Shown here in pieces: positions 46,481-60,084 of a stretch of 64,000 nucleotides of DNA. The stretch is from the NCBI GenBank assembly GCA_010093815.1, contig ML996569.1. One strand, 5' to 3'. The notes under the pieces were generated by a model. The model was given only the letters and a program-made list of their open reading frames with translations, searched no databases and was not told the DNA's origin. The DNA is from Pseudovirgaria hyperparasitica (lineage: Eukaryota). Position numbers and translations under genes: made by a program. Within the stretch, counting starts at the first letter, position 1, and the number at the start of each line of letters is the position of its first letter.

Positions 46481-49265
46481 GATCAGTGCTTTGGTGAGGA
46501 ATCGCTTTGCTGGTTGTTTGATGGCTTCACAGAAGTTCTTTGTTCGCTTGGCAGGTCTGCTTGGACTGTTTACGGTGCTGAATACTTCATGCTTGGACCA
46601 GGAATCGGCTGAGTCTTTACTATTGCAAGACTTGGTAGTTGTAACTCAGTCGTACGTTACATCAAGTCTCTCTACATGCACTTGACATCGATCTATCATA
46701 AGTGTAGGGTGACGTGACTTGACAGATCACCAGCATTGGCCTTTGTATGATCATAGTCCCTTTGTGCACAGTTCTCACTGTGTCAAGCCATAACCTTCCC
46801 AAAATGTCTCATAACACTCACTTTAGTTCGCAGCAGCCACAAAAGTAACTACAGAGTTAGACTCTAGTCTTTGATAGACAAATCACCTCCACAGACCACA
46901 GAAGGTATCTCGCTCCATCTGCAGGCCATTCTCCACGCAAGTCCCACATAAACTACTTATTAGACCAGAACTGACGCTCTCACTCTCTAGAGTATGTTCC
47001 TCTGACAGCCTCCAAGACAATATAAACGCCCTTCTCTATCCAGGCCCAGTCATGATGCTCGACTCTACAGTCTTCATCGTAGCCCAAGGCATATTCTTCA
47101 AGCTCTGCCACAATTACATTATAATCCACAACAAGGTAGTGAGGAATGGTTACGGCAAAATTGGAACCTCAGTGGTCCGTCACAATCATCATTCAGCCTG
47201 TCTAAAGACGTAAGGAGTGCAGGGAAGAGTACCCAAGGAACAAAATTGAAGAAGGAAAGATTGTAAGGTTAGATGAGAAAAGCCGCTCAAACAAGGTTGA
47301 AGACCTATCAATACCGCGTGCAGGCTGGGACGTGGGTTTATATCTATGCTTCATTACATACAAGCCTACTTATAGATCTATGCGTGCTCCTCCTTCTGCC
47401 TCCTACCAAGATTGTGTTATAACAATGTATACTCAAGCTCTCGCAGACTACGTCTCACCTGATCTTCATGTAGATCCGTAGTTGGAAGCAATGTCTGACA
47501 TTCCACTAAGCCTGTTATCTTCGTCGTCTTTTTCTTAAGACGATTAACACGTCTCGTAGCTACTTCGTTGACCCTAGACTTGAAGTGAGCTATATACGAT
47601 TAGACATCTATCAAGAGTGTTACAGGGCATATCCGATTGTAGAGACGAAAGTGGATGAATATGATGCGTAAGAACACAGCTTTGTGCTCCTAATCTTCCG
47701 CTTCCCCGCCTCAGGCTACCAAAGTATACTGCTAGTGTTCATTGAGACACACAGTCAGGATCGTCACCGTCAGGGGAGAGTATAACAGCTCGCTCCCGTA
47801 CTGAAAAGGTGGCTTATCGGAGAATATAGCCCACGTGACTGAGCAGAGGAGGCTGGAACTATAGGAAGGAGAAGGCCTCGAGTACCACAGACAGTCTCGA
47901 GATCGCTTGGAGGGCAAAGTCTAATGCTCGTAAGAACGGTACCACGCTTTGTAAATGCGGAAGTTGTCTTGGCTATCAACATGGAAACGTTCTCGGTAGT
48001 TATTTTGTGCACAGGTACGAAGATCCATGGTATGTCTATATTATACGGCCCTCCTATTACGCAAAATTTTCCGTGGTAAGTGCCGGACGAGCTAGATACG
48101 GCAGTAAGGGGGCACGCGCAAGGGAGCTCGTAAAGATACGAGCGAACCGAACCGTGGCAGAGAACAAATGCTGGCTTTACATGTAACCAATCTTCGACTG
48201 ACAAGGTAATGTTTATCCTACACAGTGACGCGAAATGTCGAAATGTCTTATATAGCTCAATGTTTGTGCTCCATAGCCTCATTCACTTCATCCATGAAGC
48301 GCGTTTGTGCGCCATCCTCGAAGCGGATTAGTCAGGGTCCAAGTCTTAGGTTGAATACTATGTATTACAGGGGGTGTACGTAGTATGGAATAGGGTAGCT
48401 CTGGAGGTGGGTAATATGTCTCCTGGACAGCTATAGATATTTATATATTTCAGAGCAGATAACAACACATGAACCGATCTCAGATCGCAGCAGCAGCCGC
48501 CTCAAGGACCAGATCCTCGGCTACATCAGCGGAAGGGCACATGGAGGCGCGTGTTGAGGGTGAAGAAGAAGATGATGAGATGAGATGAAGAAGAAAGATG
48601 GATGACATGCATTAGGGGCGCGTGACGTGATGATGCAGGCGGTGTGTGCGTAGTGGAGCAGAGGTGGATAGTACCTTTAAGTATCTATCTAATATATACA
48701 CGGGCGCGCAATCAGCGCCCTGCTGCCGGGTCGTAGTGGTAACGATGTATGATACAGTCAGTCATAGATGAGCACGTGTATACTGTGTAGAGTGAAGAAG
48801 ATACAGTATTATAGCTATCGAGTATAGTAGAGGATGTGAATAGCCTCAAGTGATTGTGAAGAGTTTGGCAGGCTCAGCCCAAAAGTCGCGGGCTCCATGG
48901 CGGCTCAAGCACCGTTTTAGGGCTCCACTGCAAAACTCCCCGCCACTCTATTGCTTTCTCAACTTCTCGCTCTCTATTACCGACTGACTCTATCCCGTTT
49001 CCGCCTCACTGTCACTCCCTCTCTCCCTCTCTCTCTCTTTCTCTCTCTCGTCCAGTCTTATCCTCGTCTATACAGACAGAGTGAAGCCTCACATACCCAT
49101 ACGCATATGCCTTGCGCCTCACCGTTGCACTCCTCCGTCTCTCGTCTACCTAGCTATAAAGCCGCGTCTAACCCCACCCACTTCAACGAACGCGATAGAT
49201 AGCCCCACCAGCTGTACACTTCTACTACGATACCTCGAGACCACACACTCGCACTTCGCTCTACC

Positions 49266-51331
49266 ATGAGCAACACAAACACTTCAGGCTATCTGGGTCT
49301 TGCCCCAGGTACCCGTAACGCACATCGCCAGAACCGTGTACCGTCCGGCGATCTTCTCCAACCCGCTCACGGCAACGCTGCGCCTGTTCCTGTTCCGAAC
49401 GGTGCTCTGAGAGGTACCAACGGACATGGGAACCATGGTCATAGGAATGGCGCATTTGAAGGAGCAAGAAGTCCACCGAACAACAAGAGTACATCGCATG
49501 TCCCATGCAAGTTCTTCAGACAGGGTACATGTCAGGCCGGTCAAGCCTGTCCGTTCATGCACACGACAGAACCGGTGACTGATACGGCGCCGTGCAAGTA
49601 CTTCCAGAAGGTAAGATACTGGAGCTAGCTTAGATATGGTGTTTGCCTGTAAACCAAATGCTAACCGAGACTGACATCGTGCAGGGAAATTGCAAATTCG
49701 GCGCAAAATGCATGCTCGCACATATCCTCCCTGACGGCCGTCGTGTCAACAAATCTGCACAGATGGGCCTTGGTGGTGGATTTGGCCGCCAGAATCTCCC
49801 ACAGAACGGCCTCGTCCAAGGTCCTGAAGGTCTGCTTCAGCGTGAGCTCAACATGCAGATGCCTGGCCCTCAGCCACATGCATCCGCTGGATATGGCATG
49901 TCGGACGACTATTTTCCCAGAGGCAATGTAGGCCAACAAGCAAACTTTGACGCTATACCAACCATAGATACAACATTCACCTCACATCCCGGCTCGACCT
50001 ATGGATCCCCGCCAAACGACAGACTTGGTGTTTCGCCGAGCACCAGGGGGCGAAGTGTCATGGATGCACCACTACCAGCTTCATTCGATAGTCAGGGAAT
50101 CTCGCATATCGCACGATACGGTCCCATAGCGCAGTCGGTGCCTTCACGCCTTGATCCTTTCGATGCGATGCAAGCTCCTTCACTGCCGAAACCCGCTGGA
50201 GACACCGAGACACTCCGCAAACTTCATGATTCGGTCTATGGGCAGACCAATCCTACTGTGACAACCGGTTTTGGCTCGTCTCCTCCACAGCAGGATGAGA
50301 TTGGCGTACGTCGACCTATGCACTCCGAACGTTCCCTAAGACCTGTAGTAGGTATGTATTCTGCAAGCTATGGTGGCGCCGGTCTAGATGCATTCGCCTC
50401 AAGACGCCAAGTACCCTACGATTGGAATCAGGACGACAACTCCGGCTTCGACGACGAGACCGAATATGTACCTCAGTCTCTTGGAGAGCTTCTCACAGAC
50501 CAAGAGAAGAAACGCCGATTCTCTCGCAACGACGACGAGAACCCTTTCCGCCAGTCTCTGTCCGCCGTCGGAACACCCACAGACACGAACTCGAAAGTAG
50601 GCTCGCCAAAAGTCGGATCGCCGTCCCGCTTCAGCGCACTCTTTGAGCGACAACGAAAGAACGACGGTAGCGACGCCGCCTCCCCCTCCACATTTGGTCA
50701 TGTCGGTTCTCCACTGCGCAACTCAACACTCCACCCAGGTGCAAGCCCATCTCTCCGTGCTGTCCGCCAACCTACAGCTACCGACGTCAGCCCCTTCGTA
50801 TCCTCCCCTCCCCGCCAGTCCAGCATGAGCATGATAAGCCAGCAACTCCAACGGACGCGTCTCTCGTCACGTGCTTCCTCGAACCCAAATGTCAACGACC
50901 CAGACCATCCCTCTCTACAACCCTCCTCGTCTCTGCATCCCGGTATGGCGCGCGCAACTTCCGGCTCCAGCATCGGCAGCATCACTGGTCGCACTTCTCT
51001 CGACCGTGCACTTTCATCCGGTAGCATCGGTCGCTCAGATCGCATCGACGAGGAGCAAGGCCTGTTCAGCATGGAAGACGAAGAGGAGATGGAGAAACGG
51101 CGGATCGAGAAGGAAGGTGCGGGCCTAGGTGCAATCACACCGAGCGGGAGTGCGAACAAGCGGTTTTCGGGTGGTTGGGGCGCCTTCTCAGGACTCGGAG
51201 CGTCGGCGACGAAGAAGGATATCAATAGCGCAAGCTCCGCATCGAGTCCGGGAAACACGAGTAGGCCAGGCCCGATTGGAGGGCATAGGAGTACCGCGAG
51301 TAAGGATAGTGCATGGGGTGGTGCGAGTTGA
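49266..51331 (+). CDS. Tandem CCCH zinc-finger protein (Cps3/Scp3/Lee1-like)
   Basis: HVPCKFFRQGTCQAGQACPFMH and PCKYFQK-GNCKFGAKCMLAH across an intron at about 49611-49684. DAPLPASFDSQGIS motif and Ser-rich tail. Confidence 0.9.
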
Positions 51332-52753
51332 AGACCAAGACACGACGATCAATTACGATTTCACTGCACGCCATACTTGTGGAAAGAGCTTTCTGACGCA
51401 AAGCCCTGAACCGGCTCGCGCGATCGCTCGCTCGCCGCATCATCCATGATTTAACGCCTGCACGCATGACGATACCCGTTTCTACATCGCTATAGATACA
51501 TACATACAAACCCCCTTCAACACATCCCCTCAAACATCCACTCCCCCCATTTTCTCCAAATTCAACAAAACCAAACACACACAGCGCATGTCAAAGTCCT
51601 CAACAAGACCCGTCACGAACCCCACACTTTTGCCCCCTCTCTTCTGTCCTCTTCCCGCAGAAAGTTTTACTCGACAGAAACGGCGACATAAAAAGCTCTA
51701 GGCAATTTCCAAAAAGGAAAGAAGAAGAAAAGAAGGAAAATTGGAAAAGCAGCACTGAAAGGCGTCTTGGCCCCTCGAACAAAAGTGTGGAGAAGAAAAG
51801 CAAAGAAGGAAAGAGGAAAAGCATCGCATCACATGTTTTTACTGCACAGCACAGCACAGCATGGCACGGCACGGTGTACGAATGTAATTTTTTTTTTCTT
51901 CCCTTTTTCTTTGGAGAAACAAAAACACAATTCACACGATGACGAAAACAAATACTCTCTTTTCTCCCCTCACTTTTCAACTTTTTCTTTTTCCTCTCCC
52001 TCTTTTTGGCCTGCCTGGTAATACGCGTAATCTAGATTGAATCTAGTGTAATCTGGTCTAGTCTAGTCTCAGTATAGATGGCTGGACGGGTGGATGGGAA
52101 GAGACTTCTTCCTTTTTATTAATTTGTTTGAAAAAGGGCTGGGGGGGGGGGCCCTCTTCTAAGCGAAAACAACAAAACTTGTAGATTGGGCGTAGTAAAG
52201 TAGTATAAAAGAAAACATTTTGGGGTTTTGTTTTGTATTTATAGGTGTTGGGTTATAGGTTTTCCATGGGAAGTTTTGGGGGAGAGGTCATGGTTTCTGA
52301 AGCATTTTGCGGAGATATCGGATATTAGACTTACATGTCCACATTCTACTTTTGAAGTAACGGCTTGGGCGTGTTTAGGTAATACAATCATTGTCATAGG
52401 TAGACTCGGTATACCTATGACCTGACTTGACCTGTCAAACATCTCTTCCCTCCATATTGATCCCTATGGGTTCCTCGAAAAGTATCATCACATCCAATCA
52501 GGCTACACAGCACTACAGAAACGGTCGAGTTGACTTGTTTAATCAACATTATCAAGTCCATTCCGGTTGATGCAGTCCATGATCATGGCAAATACATATA
52601 CATCCTTAGCTTTCACATAAACACCCTATACCTGCTTCATCTTCGGCCTGAGATGAGTCGGCATCATTACGCACTTGATCTTTCATTATTATCGTCTCCT
52701 TTATGCATCACTCCACTGTGCGCGCACCATGCACCATGGTATGGTGATCGTCT

Positions 52754-55116
52754 CTACGACCGGATGCTGATCCTCTTCAAGCCCGCAGCACCAGAGTTGT
52801 CGGACCATCCCATGCTGAGAGTATCGAGCATACTACATGTGATTAGCCAAGCTCACTTTAGTCCGATATAAGCAACTTACAAGATGGACTTCTTAGGAGT
52901 CTGGACGACCGCCTCGAACTGAATACCACTTAAGTTGCGAAACTCTTCAGGGAACGTCACCTGCGTAAGCTGGCAACCTGACGTCTCGGTACAAGCAGGT
53001 ACCGTGACATATTGCTGTCCGCTGAGGACCTCATCCTTCATTTCACTGTCATAAGTGTATGCTGAAATGGTCATGAGACAATTTTTGGGGCCCTGGTTGT
53101 CACAGCCAACAGACACATTATACGCATTGAACCAATGTGCTGGGTCGCTCATCCTAGGTCCGGCTCCAATCTCGCCGGATTTGATTTTCCCAGTGGAAGA
53201 TGAGACAACACTGGCCAGGGCAGGAATGAAGATCGCAATGTCTGGCTCGGACGATGCCTCATACTTGGCCCATGCTTCCTTGGTATATCCGTATCCATTA
53301 GCATGGAATAGATGATGATATGGACTGAATACAGGTGGGAAGATTCCTCCAGAAGAATTATTGCTAGGCGTCCATACTGGTAAGTCGTCCCACTGTTCGG
53401 GTGTCAGTGGAGTTCGTTTTAAGATGAGCAGGAGATCTTACAGTAATAGAGAAGTCTCCAACTTCACCACAGCTTGACGGGGTCGCGGATGGTACCGCTT
53501 GAAGGGTGCTACTTGAGGAGGCCAAGTAAGACGTTCCAGTGCTCTGCTCAGCGTAAGACGTGCTAGTACTGTTTCCGGCTGAGATATACGATGTAGAAAT
53601 TGGTGCCAGAATAAAGGAAGGACTGGTGGATGGGCTGGATGTGTCTGCGCTACTACTGGTATCGTCGTAGGAAGAAACAGTCAACCAGGTTGGAACTGGG
53701 ATTGGTATCATGCTCGTGGTCGAGATAGGGAAACTGCTTGATGAATGGCTACTGATTTCAACTTGTGAGTTATGAGGAGCAGAACTACTTTCAGTGCCAT
53801 GGCGAGAAGAGAAAGTTACCCATGTCGGGGCTGGATATGGTGCGATGCTCATGACTGATGTTGGGAAGCTGCTAGATGATTGACCCGTACCGATCCACGA
53901 TTTAGTTGGGTAGGGCAAGATGCTCAAGCCCGACGTTGAGAATCGGCTTGCAGAAGAACCGCCAGTCCCAGATGCTTGCGAAGAAGAAAGATCTCCACTT
54001 GGACCGACGGGTAAAGTAACAACGCTAGTGCTGCTGGACACGACGAAGGTCAAAGTTGCGTAGACACTGCTGCCAGAGACATCGCTCCATGACGATAGGT
54101 GACTTACAGTACCTACACTAGATCCAGGACCGTAGCCAGAGTCCTCGGAGGAAGTGGTGGTGCTAATGTTCCAGCCAGTCGTCGGAACGCCTTCATGAGT
54201 GCTCGTCAATGTTTCCAAGATGGTTGTTACTTGAGTCATATGAATGGTAGTGTCTATGGTCGAGCTAAAGATGCCCGAGGGGACGTTTGAGCTCGAAGCA
54301 CCATAGCTTGGCGGGGTGTACTGGGCCGAAGTTGGAAAGACAGTAACGATCGAGGTGTGAGTCCTGTAGGAGGTGTACGTGGCTGTGGGAGAAGGAACGG
54401 GAGTGATTACGATAACAGAAGTCTGCTTGATGAAATTCGTGATCGAAGCCGGGGGTGCAGCACCAAGCCAGACGGTACTGCCTTCATGCTCTGTGAACAT
54501 ATAGGGACCATTAGCTTTGGTCTGGGTGTTATCTGCGGGACCAAGAGCAGTGACGCCATTGTTGTGAGAGGCTCTGTTGTGTTCGACTTCGATGAAATGG
54601 GTGACCGTAGGACCAGGAACTGTGACATAGTTTGTCAATTGACCGCACTGGGCGCTAGCGTCGAGAGGACTAAGTTTCGTATCAGTGTAAGCGCACGTTT
54701 GAATGTTGTAAAAGCTGGATAAGTCCATCAACGATAAGGAGAAGAAAGATGCAAAAAATGATGACTTCGCAATAGTGCAAAGGGAAGTAGGCAAATTTCG
54801 CTTCGAAGAAGGCCGGAATGCCCGTTCTTGCGAAAATTTCGTATAGACTCGCTGAAGCTGTCTGGAGCAGCCGACGGAACCTTGCCATAGCAGATGGGAT
54901 CCCCACGATGAATAAAGCCAGAAGCCAGCCCAGAAAGCGAAGAGGCCAATAGCGTAGTATCGTCCAAAGAAGACATGGTAACGAACACACCCAGGTGCGT
55001 ACGTGAAACCACTGGGTATAGAAGAAGCCACGCTGAGACGTAGGGACTGCGCGCCCTTTTGTCTCTCTTTTCCGAGTGCGCAACTTGTCGTCATGATCTG
55101 CTCCTCGCTTCGGCAT
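52754..55116 (-). CDS. Ser/Thr-rich protein with conserved C-terminal domain (DUF7371-like); 5' end uncertain
   Basis: Long S/T-rich tract, then CGEVGDFSIT-WDDLP..PPVFSPYHHL..GEIGAGPR..WFNAYNVSVGCDN..FRNLSGIQF..WSDNSGAAGLKR. Stop at 52754-52756. The first exon could not be resolved. Confidence 0.72.
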
Positions 55117-55944
55117 ATCTGCTATCGCTATGTTTTCAAGCGACGGAAAAGAAAGTGAGGCAAACTTCACTCTGCCGGGTAATGACGCAACGAATGAATA
55201 ATGAGTAGAAAGCGAGTGTATAACAGATAGCGATTGTGATAAACAAACAAAACAATGAATACTAGGGACCGACCAGGATACTCTAAGGGATGAATGGTTC
55301 GGTAACAGGAAGAAAAGGTCCACTTACGCAGCATTGACACCCCCGGCAACAGACAAAGCCAAAGCCACCAGCTGAGCGGCAGTAGTGAGCAACATGACGA
55401 GTAAGCTACGACTGTGTAGCCTGAAGGCGGAGAGCAGCTTGGAAGGGAATAAACAAACGACAAAGGATGGCTGAGCGAGCGACTACGGGGTCAGACCGTA
55501 AGGAACGAGCGTGGGTTGCAGAAGGGAGAAGAAGAGAGAGGTCGAGGTGAGCAAGAAATATAGACGCGGCTATACCGTCGGAACTTGAAGTCGCGACTGC
55601 CTGTTCCTATATTAGGTACTGTTGTCACTGTGGGCGCACCAATACGCGTCACAGTGTTAAGCTGGCAAGTGAAATATGGGGGCACGTGAACCATCGCTGC
55701 AGCAGACAGCCAACGAATAAAAACTCGATGCATGTAGACTTGAAAGGAATAGTATAAGAGAGGCTTGTATCTTTCTAATGCGACAAAGCGAGAGAGAAGA
55801 GAGAGAGAACGCCGTCTGCACCAGGGCATGCATAACAAGACGACTTACAATCATCCGCAAACCTGATATGCAGGGAGGTCCACGATATTCACCATAAATC
55901 CCCCACGGTCCTCAACATAGGTTATATACTCTTCAAGCCAATAT

Positions 55945-58279
55945 CTACAGCTTACTCTTGCTGTCACAACATTCTCCTCCTTTGCCAACAACCAGTGCCT
56001 CCGTGCCAGTCGGCTGCATATGCCGGCTTGCGTCCTCCCTACTGGCGCTCAGCAGTGTCGACTGATTATATGCCTGTTCACTCGGTGGCACATCAAGTGC
56101 TGGATTACGCTCGAAGAAATTCACTGGTTTCAAGCACACCTTCATGATCTCGGCCGGCATAACTGGAAAGTCTTCAATGCGAGTGATGTGGTTCATGCCA
56201 AATTGTACATAGACAACAATATCCGTGTCAACAATGTCATCCTTGCGGTTTGCCCAACTGCGCACACCTGTACCACCGCGCGATTGATTAGTATACTGCC
56301 CACCTGCGTACAGCTCGCCATCCCGGTAAGAAGTCACATAGATGTTATGGTCCGCAAACTCTGCGCGACGGTGGTTGAAACTGTCGCGATCTGCAAGCAT
56401 TTTCTGGAATCCAGGGGCTTGTATTTTGTACGCAACAGGCTTTCCGTTGATAGGGTTGCGCACAGCGGCATTCTGAATCTTGAATGTGCGATTCCGGTCA
56501 ATATCAAGATCATAGCCGCCAGACTCACTGAGGACCGTTTCCTCGACATAATATCCCGTGCCATGCGGATTGAGATCTGACCGAGGCATAGCATGTGCCT
56601 CATCATATACGAGTCGATTGTGGTAGCCGTCTATGGCAGGATCGATCCGAAGGGAGAAAATGTGTTGATGGTGGACGGCCAAGACCCCGGGATGCACTAC
56701 GGTACCAAAGGGGACGGTGACACCCTCATCGATGGGTTGGGTCGAGAGGATGCCGGTAGCGCGGACTTCGTAGTCCATTTGCCCGGCTTGGTTGAAGATA
56801 AATGCTAGGATGTATTCGTAATTCGAGACGGTAATGATGGATTGTAGAACAAGCTCGCGAGAGCGGGCAACGGCAGCCCGATTTGTGCGATAATTGGTAT
56901 GCTTCCAGGAGATGCCAGCATCTTGTTCGTGAACTGTAGGCTATACTTAGCTCTGGCAGTACATGAAGGATGTTGTTTACTTACTGCACACGCAATTGTC
57001 CATGCTGTCCACGCCTCCTTGTGCGTTGCTAATGACGGCACTTAGATAGTAGATAGAACCCAAACAGTCGCAGCCGAGTTTTAGGTTATTGGCCATACTA
57101 CCGGCACCAGCGTCACCCAGATCAAATGCGCTCTTCTTGTGGTAGGGGTGGCGCGGATCAGCGTATGGGATATTCATGTCTGACAGGGATACCCGATAAA
57201 AGAGACTCCGGCCATCGTACCGTACCTGAATACATCAGCACTCTCATCAGACGAGCATCCACACGATACCTACATCGTAGAGAACCATTCCCTCACGCTG
57301 GTTGAAGCCAACCCGGAACGACCATTTCTGCCATTCCAGGACAGCCGATGTTCCTTGCTCAGTTACGGTAAAACTCGCACCTTCAGGCTGGACGATGTTC
57401 AACGGTTTCAGATCAGTCCTGAGCTGTTGGTACTCTGGGAGATACTCGTTGGGTGGCTTGATCTTGTAAGGGGTGGTGTCTGTGATGGTTGAATCCGGAC
57501 CCAGGGGTAGCTTGTCAATGCGAATGACTTTCATGTGTTCGGTGCTTATTACGGGTGAGATTGCAAGGGGCAGTGCGTAATGGTTCGAATCTGCTTCCGC
57601 AGGGTTGTGTGGATCCCTCATGTACAAGAAACACTGATACATGCGCTCGTCATCGTCGACACCATCAGCACCTATTGCACTCAAAAGTCAGCAATTCCGC
57701 AGCTACGTATACAAGGTACGGACGGCCAACCATAAATCCAAGGGTCGCTGATGACCACAGCACCCTCAGGGAGCTGCAATTTTGCGATTTCTGCCTTGAC
57801 AGCCTCATCTTCCAGTGCAATCCTCTCCAGTGCAATTATCTCCTCACCATCGCCGTTGGCGTGGATGTTTGGGCCTAGGCGGACGTTCCTCTCGACCAGG
57901 TTTTTTGTGAGGTTGACGATTGCTTCGTGAAACTTGTTCTAAGCCCGGAGACGTTAGCATGAATTACAGTAGCAGCCGGTGTGTTGCACAGCATACGGAC
58001 CGTGTTTCGTAGGTAGTAGTTGACAAAAGCCTTCCGATCGAGCTGTGGGGTTCTCTCGCCTAAATGTTCTGCTTCGAGGTATGGAAGGACGCGGAGCTTT
58101 GCAGGCTCGTCGAGGGTAATGACCTTGAAGCAGAAGTCTGTATTGGGCGGCCAGGTAGCTTTGATGAGGTGTGCGGCTGCAGCGATCTCCTCGGCGGCCA
58201 ACGGAGCAAGCGGATGTGCGGAGGAGTGTTTGGCGTGGAGCAGCGCAGGTGCGGACGTGGTGAAGTCGGTGGACATCAT
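55945..58279 (-). CDS. Peroxisomal copper amine oxidase
   Basis: HPLAPL, WQKWSFRVGFNQREG, LGCDCLG, the TPQ precursor motif TVSNYEY, Cu ligands HQH and GMNH, EDFPVMP and C-terminal SKL (PTS1). Confidence 0.96.
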
Positions 58280-59389
58280 GCAGCAATTGGTATTGTGGGA
58301 TATAGTGTAGAGCTGGTGGATGCAGGTTTGAAGTAGTATATGAGCCGGGCGGCAGGGCGGCAGAGCAGTATTAACAGTGGTGAAGGGTGGAGACGTGGGT
58401 CGGAGGTGTTTATATGATGACGAAAGACAGCAGGGGACCTGAAGCACATGAGTGATCGGAGGACGATCTGATTCATCCTGCATTGAATTGCGTTCGCCGC
58501 CTCACTGTGTGAATGCGGCGGGGCCAGAAGCGGCGGAGTCACGGCTCACACAGCACTGGCAGCCTTATCCATCCACATCCACATGTTTTCTAATTAACTT
58601 CCTGGGTCGCACGCGTGGAGATGCCAGTCTCGGCAATGGAAAGGGACAAGAAGTGGGCTGGACTCGGCCGGGGCACCAGGGTATATGGTATGTAGAGAGA
58701 GGTACAGCAGGTAGCCCCTGCGCGTGGGCATTACCACGGCAGTAGGTATTAGCTGAGGCATCGCCAAGGACGATCGATGCGGTAACTTAGGTGAGTATGG
58801 ATGTTAACCTTAGTTGTGATATAGTAGTGCTTGGCGACGTGATTGATAGGAATAGACCAGCAACAGTAGTAACAGTCGAAACGTTTAACAGTAGCCATTC
58901 CAGGGCTTACGAACGACTAGGCATTTGGATAGCCACGTAGCGTGGGGGAACAACACTGGGTAGGTGCTATGTCAGTATGTAGGTATATGCTATATAGGTA
59001 TGTAGTATGTAGGTAAGTCCTATCTAGGTATGTCCCATGTCGATATATTCGGTGAAGGTATTATTGTTGTTATGTGGATAGACTGTTGTAGTCGTGGACC
59101 AGGTGGTGGCGTCTGCTGCTGGTGGAGCTCACAGGCTACGGGTCTATCCAAGTATATTAGAGGGGGGAGAAAAGGAGCCAGAAGCCTTAGCCGCCCAAAA
59201 GAACAGTCTGTTGGTAGCTACTCCATGTAAGTAATATGCAAGTAATTATCAGGTGGATCTGGCTGCCCTTGGACCCCAAGACCCTGCTTGATGACCTACT
59301 TGAAGACCTGCTGGAGGTGCTGAGTGCCGAGTTTGAAGGCAAAAGGCCCTAGAGGTAATAATAGAGGGTGTTGTGATAGATTAATTACG

Positions 59390-59421
59390 GCCTGACAGCC
59401 TGACAGCCTGACAGCCTGACA
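59390..59421. repeat. Perfect (GCCTGACA)x4 tandem repeat
   Basis: Read directly from the sequence. Confidence 0.92.
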
Positions 59422-59426
59422 GTCAA

Positions 59427-59590
59427 CCCCGCCCCCGCCAATCGCAGCCCCGCCAATTCATCTCACCTGACATGCACGTGCTTCGTGGGTGATAATCAAT
59501 TACCTTCAAAGTCAATTAGGGAAGGTGCGGTCTGGTAGTTCACGTTCTACGCCGGCGGAGAGTGCCCCGCCAAGCCCCTTCCAGCCCCGC
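59427..59590. promoter_or_regulatory. Cluster of CreA/Mig1-type SYGGRG sites upstream of the amine oxidase
   Basis: CCCCGC at 59427, 59433, 59448, 59565 and 59585, and GCGGAG at 59555. Confidence 0.4.
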
Positions 59591-60084
59591 AGCTCTACCG
59601 CTAGTCCCCAAACGGGAATCTCTATGCGAGTGATGGATGTACCGGGCCTTCATCTTCCGACTGTCGACAAAACAACTAATTAATTACCCCGAAGAAACAA
59701 TCTAATAATGTTTATTTCCATCATAGCCATCACTCTCTCTCCACCATATCGCCTGCATAGGGATATAACAGCCTGGCCTGTGGTCCAAAGGCTAGATCTC
59801 TACATTAGCTTAGGTAATTAGGTACAGTACTAGGACATTAGTATTGGGACATATCAGGCACATTTCAGGCAGCGACGTGTCCTCAGATTACTGTCCGCTC
59901 ACTGATATGCTTTCAGGTACATGGTACATGTGATATAAATATTGATAGTCGCCACTACTCTCGTCCACATCATACAGTTCCATTAGCTCGCTCGGCAGCA
60001 TGCCCCACGAGATGCCTGCACCTATGGTGGTGGCACTACATAAGACCTATCCACAACCATAGCCGCTCTCGCTTTCGCACTCAC

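Noticed and set aside
48724..48800. tRNA-like GGTCGTAGTGGTAAC
   Set aside because: No T-arm (GTTCRA) or acceptor-stem pairing downstream.
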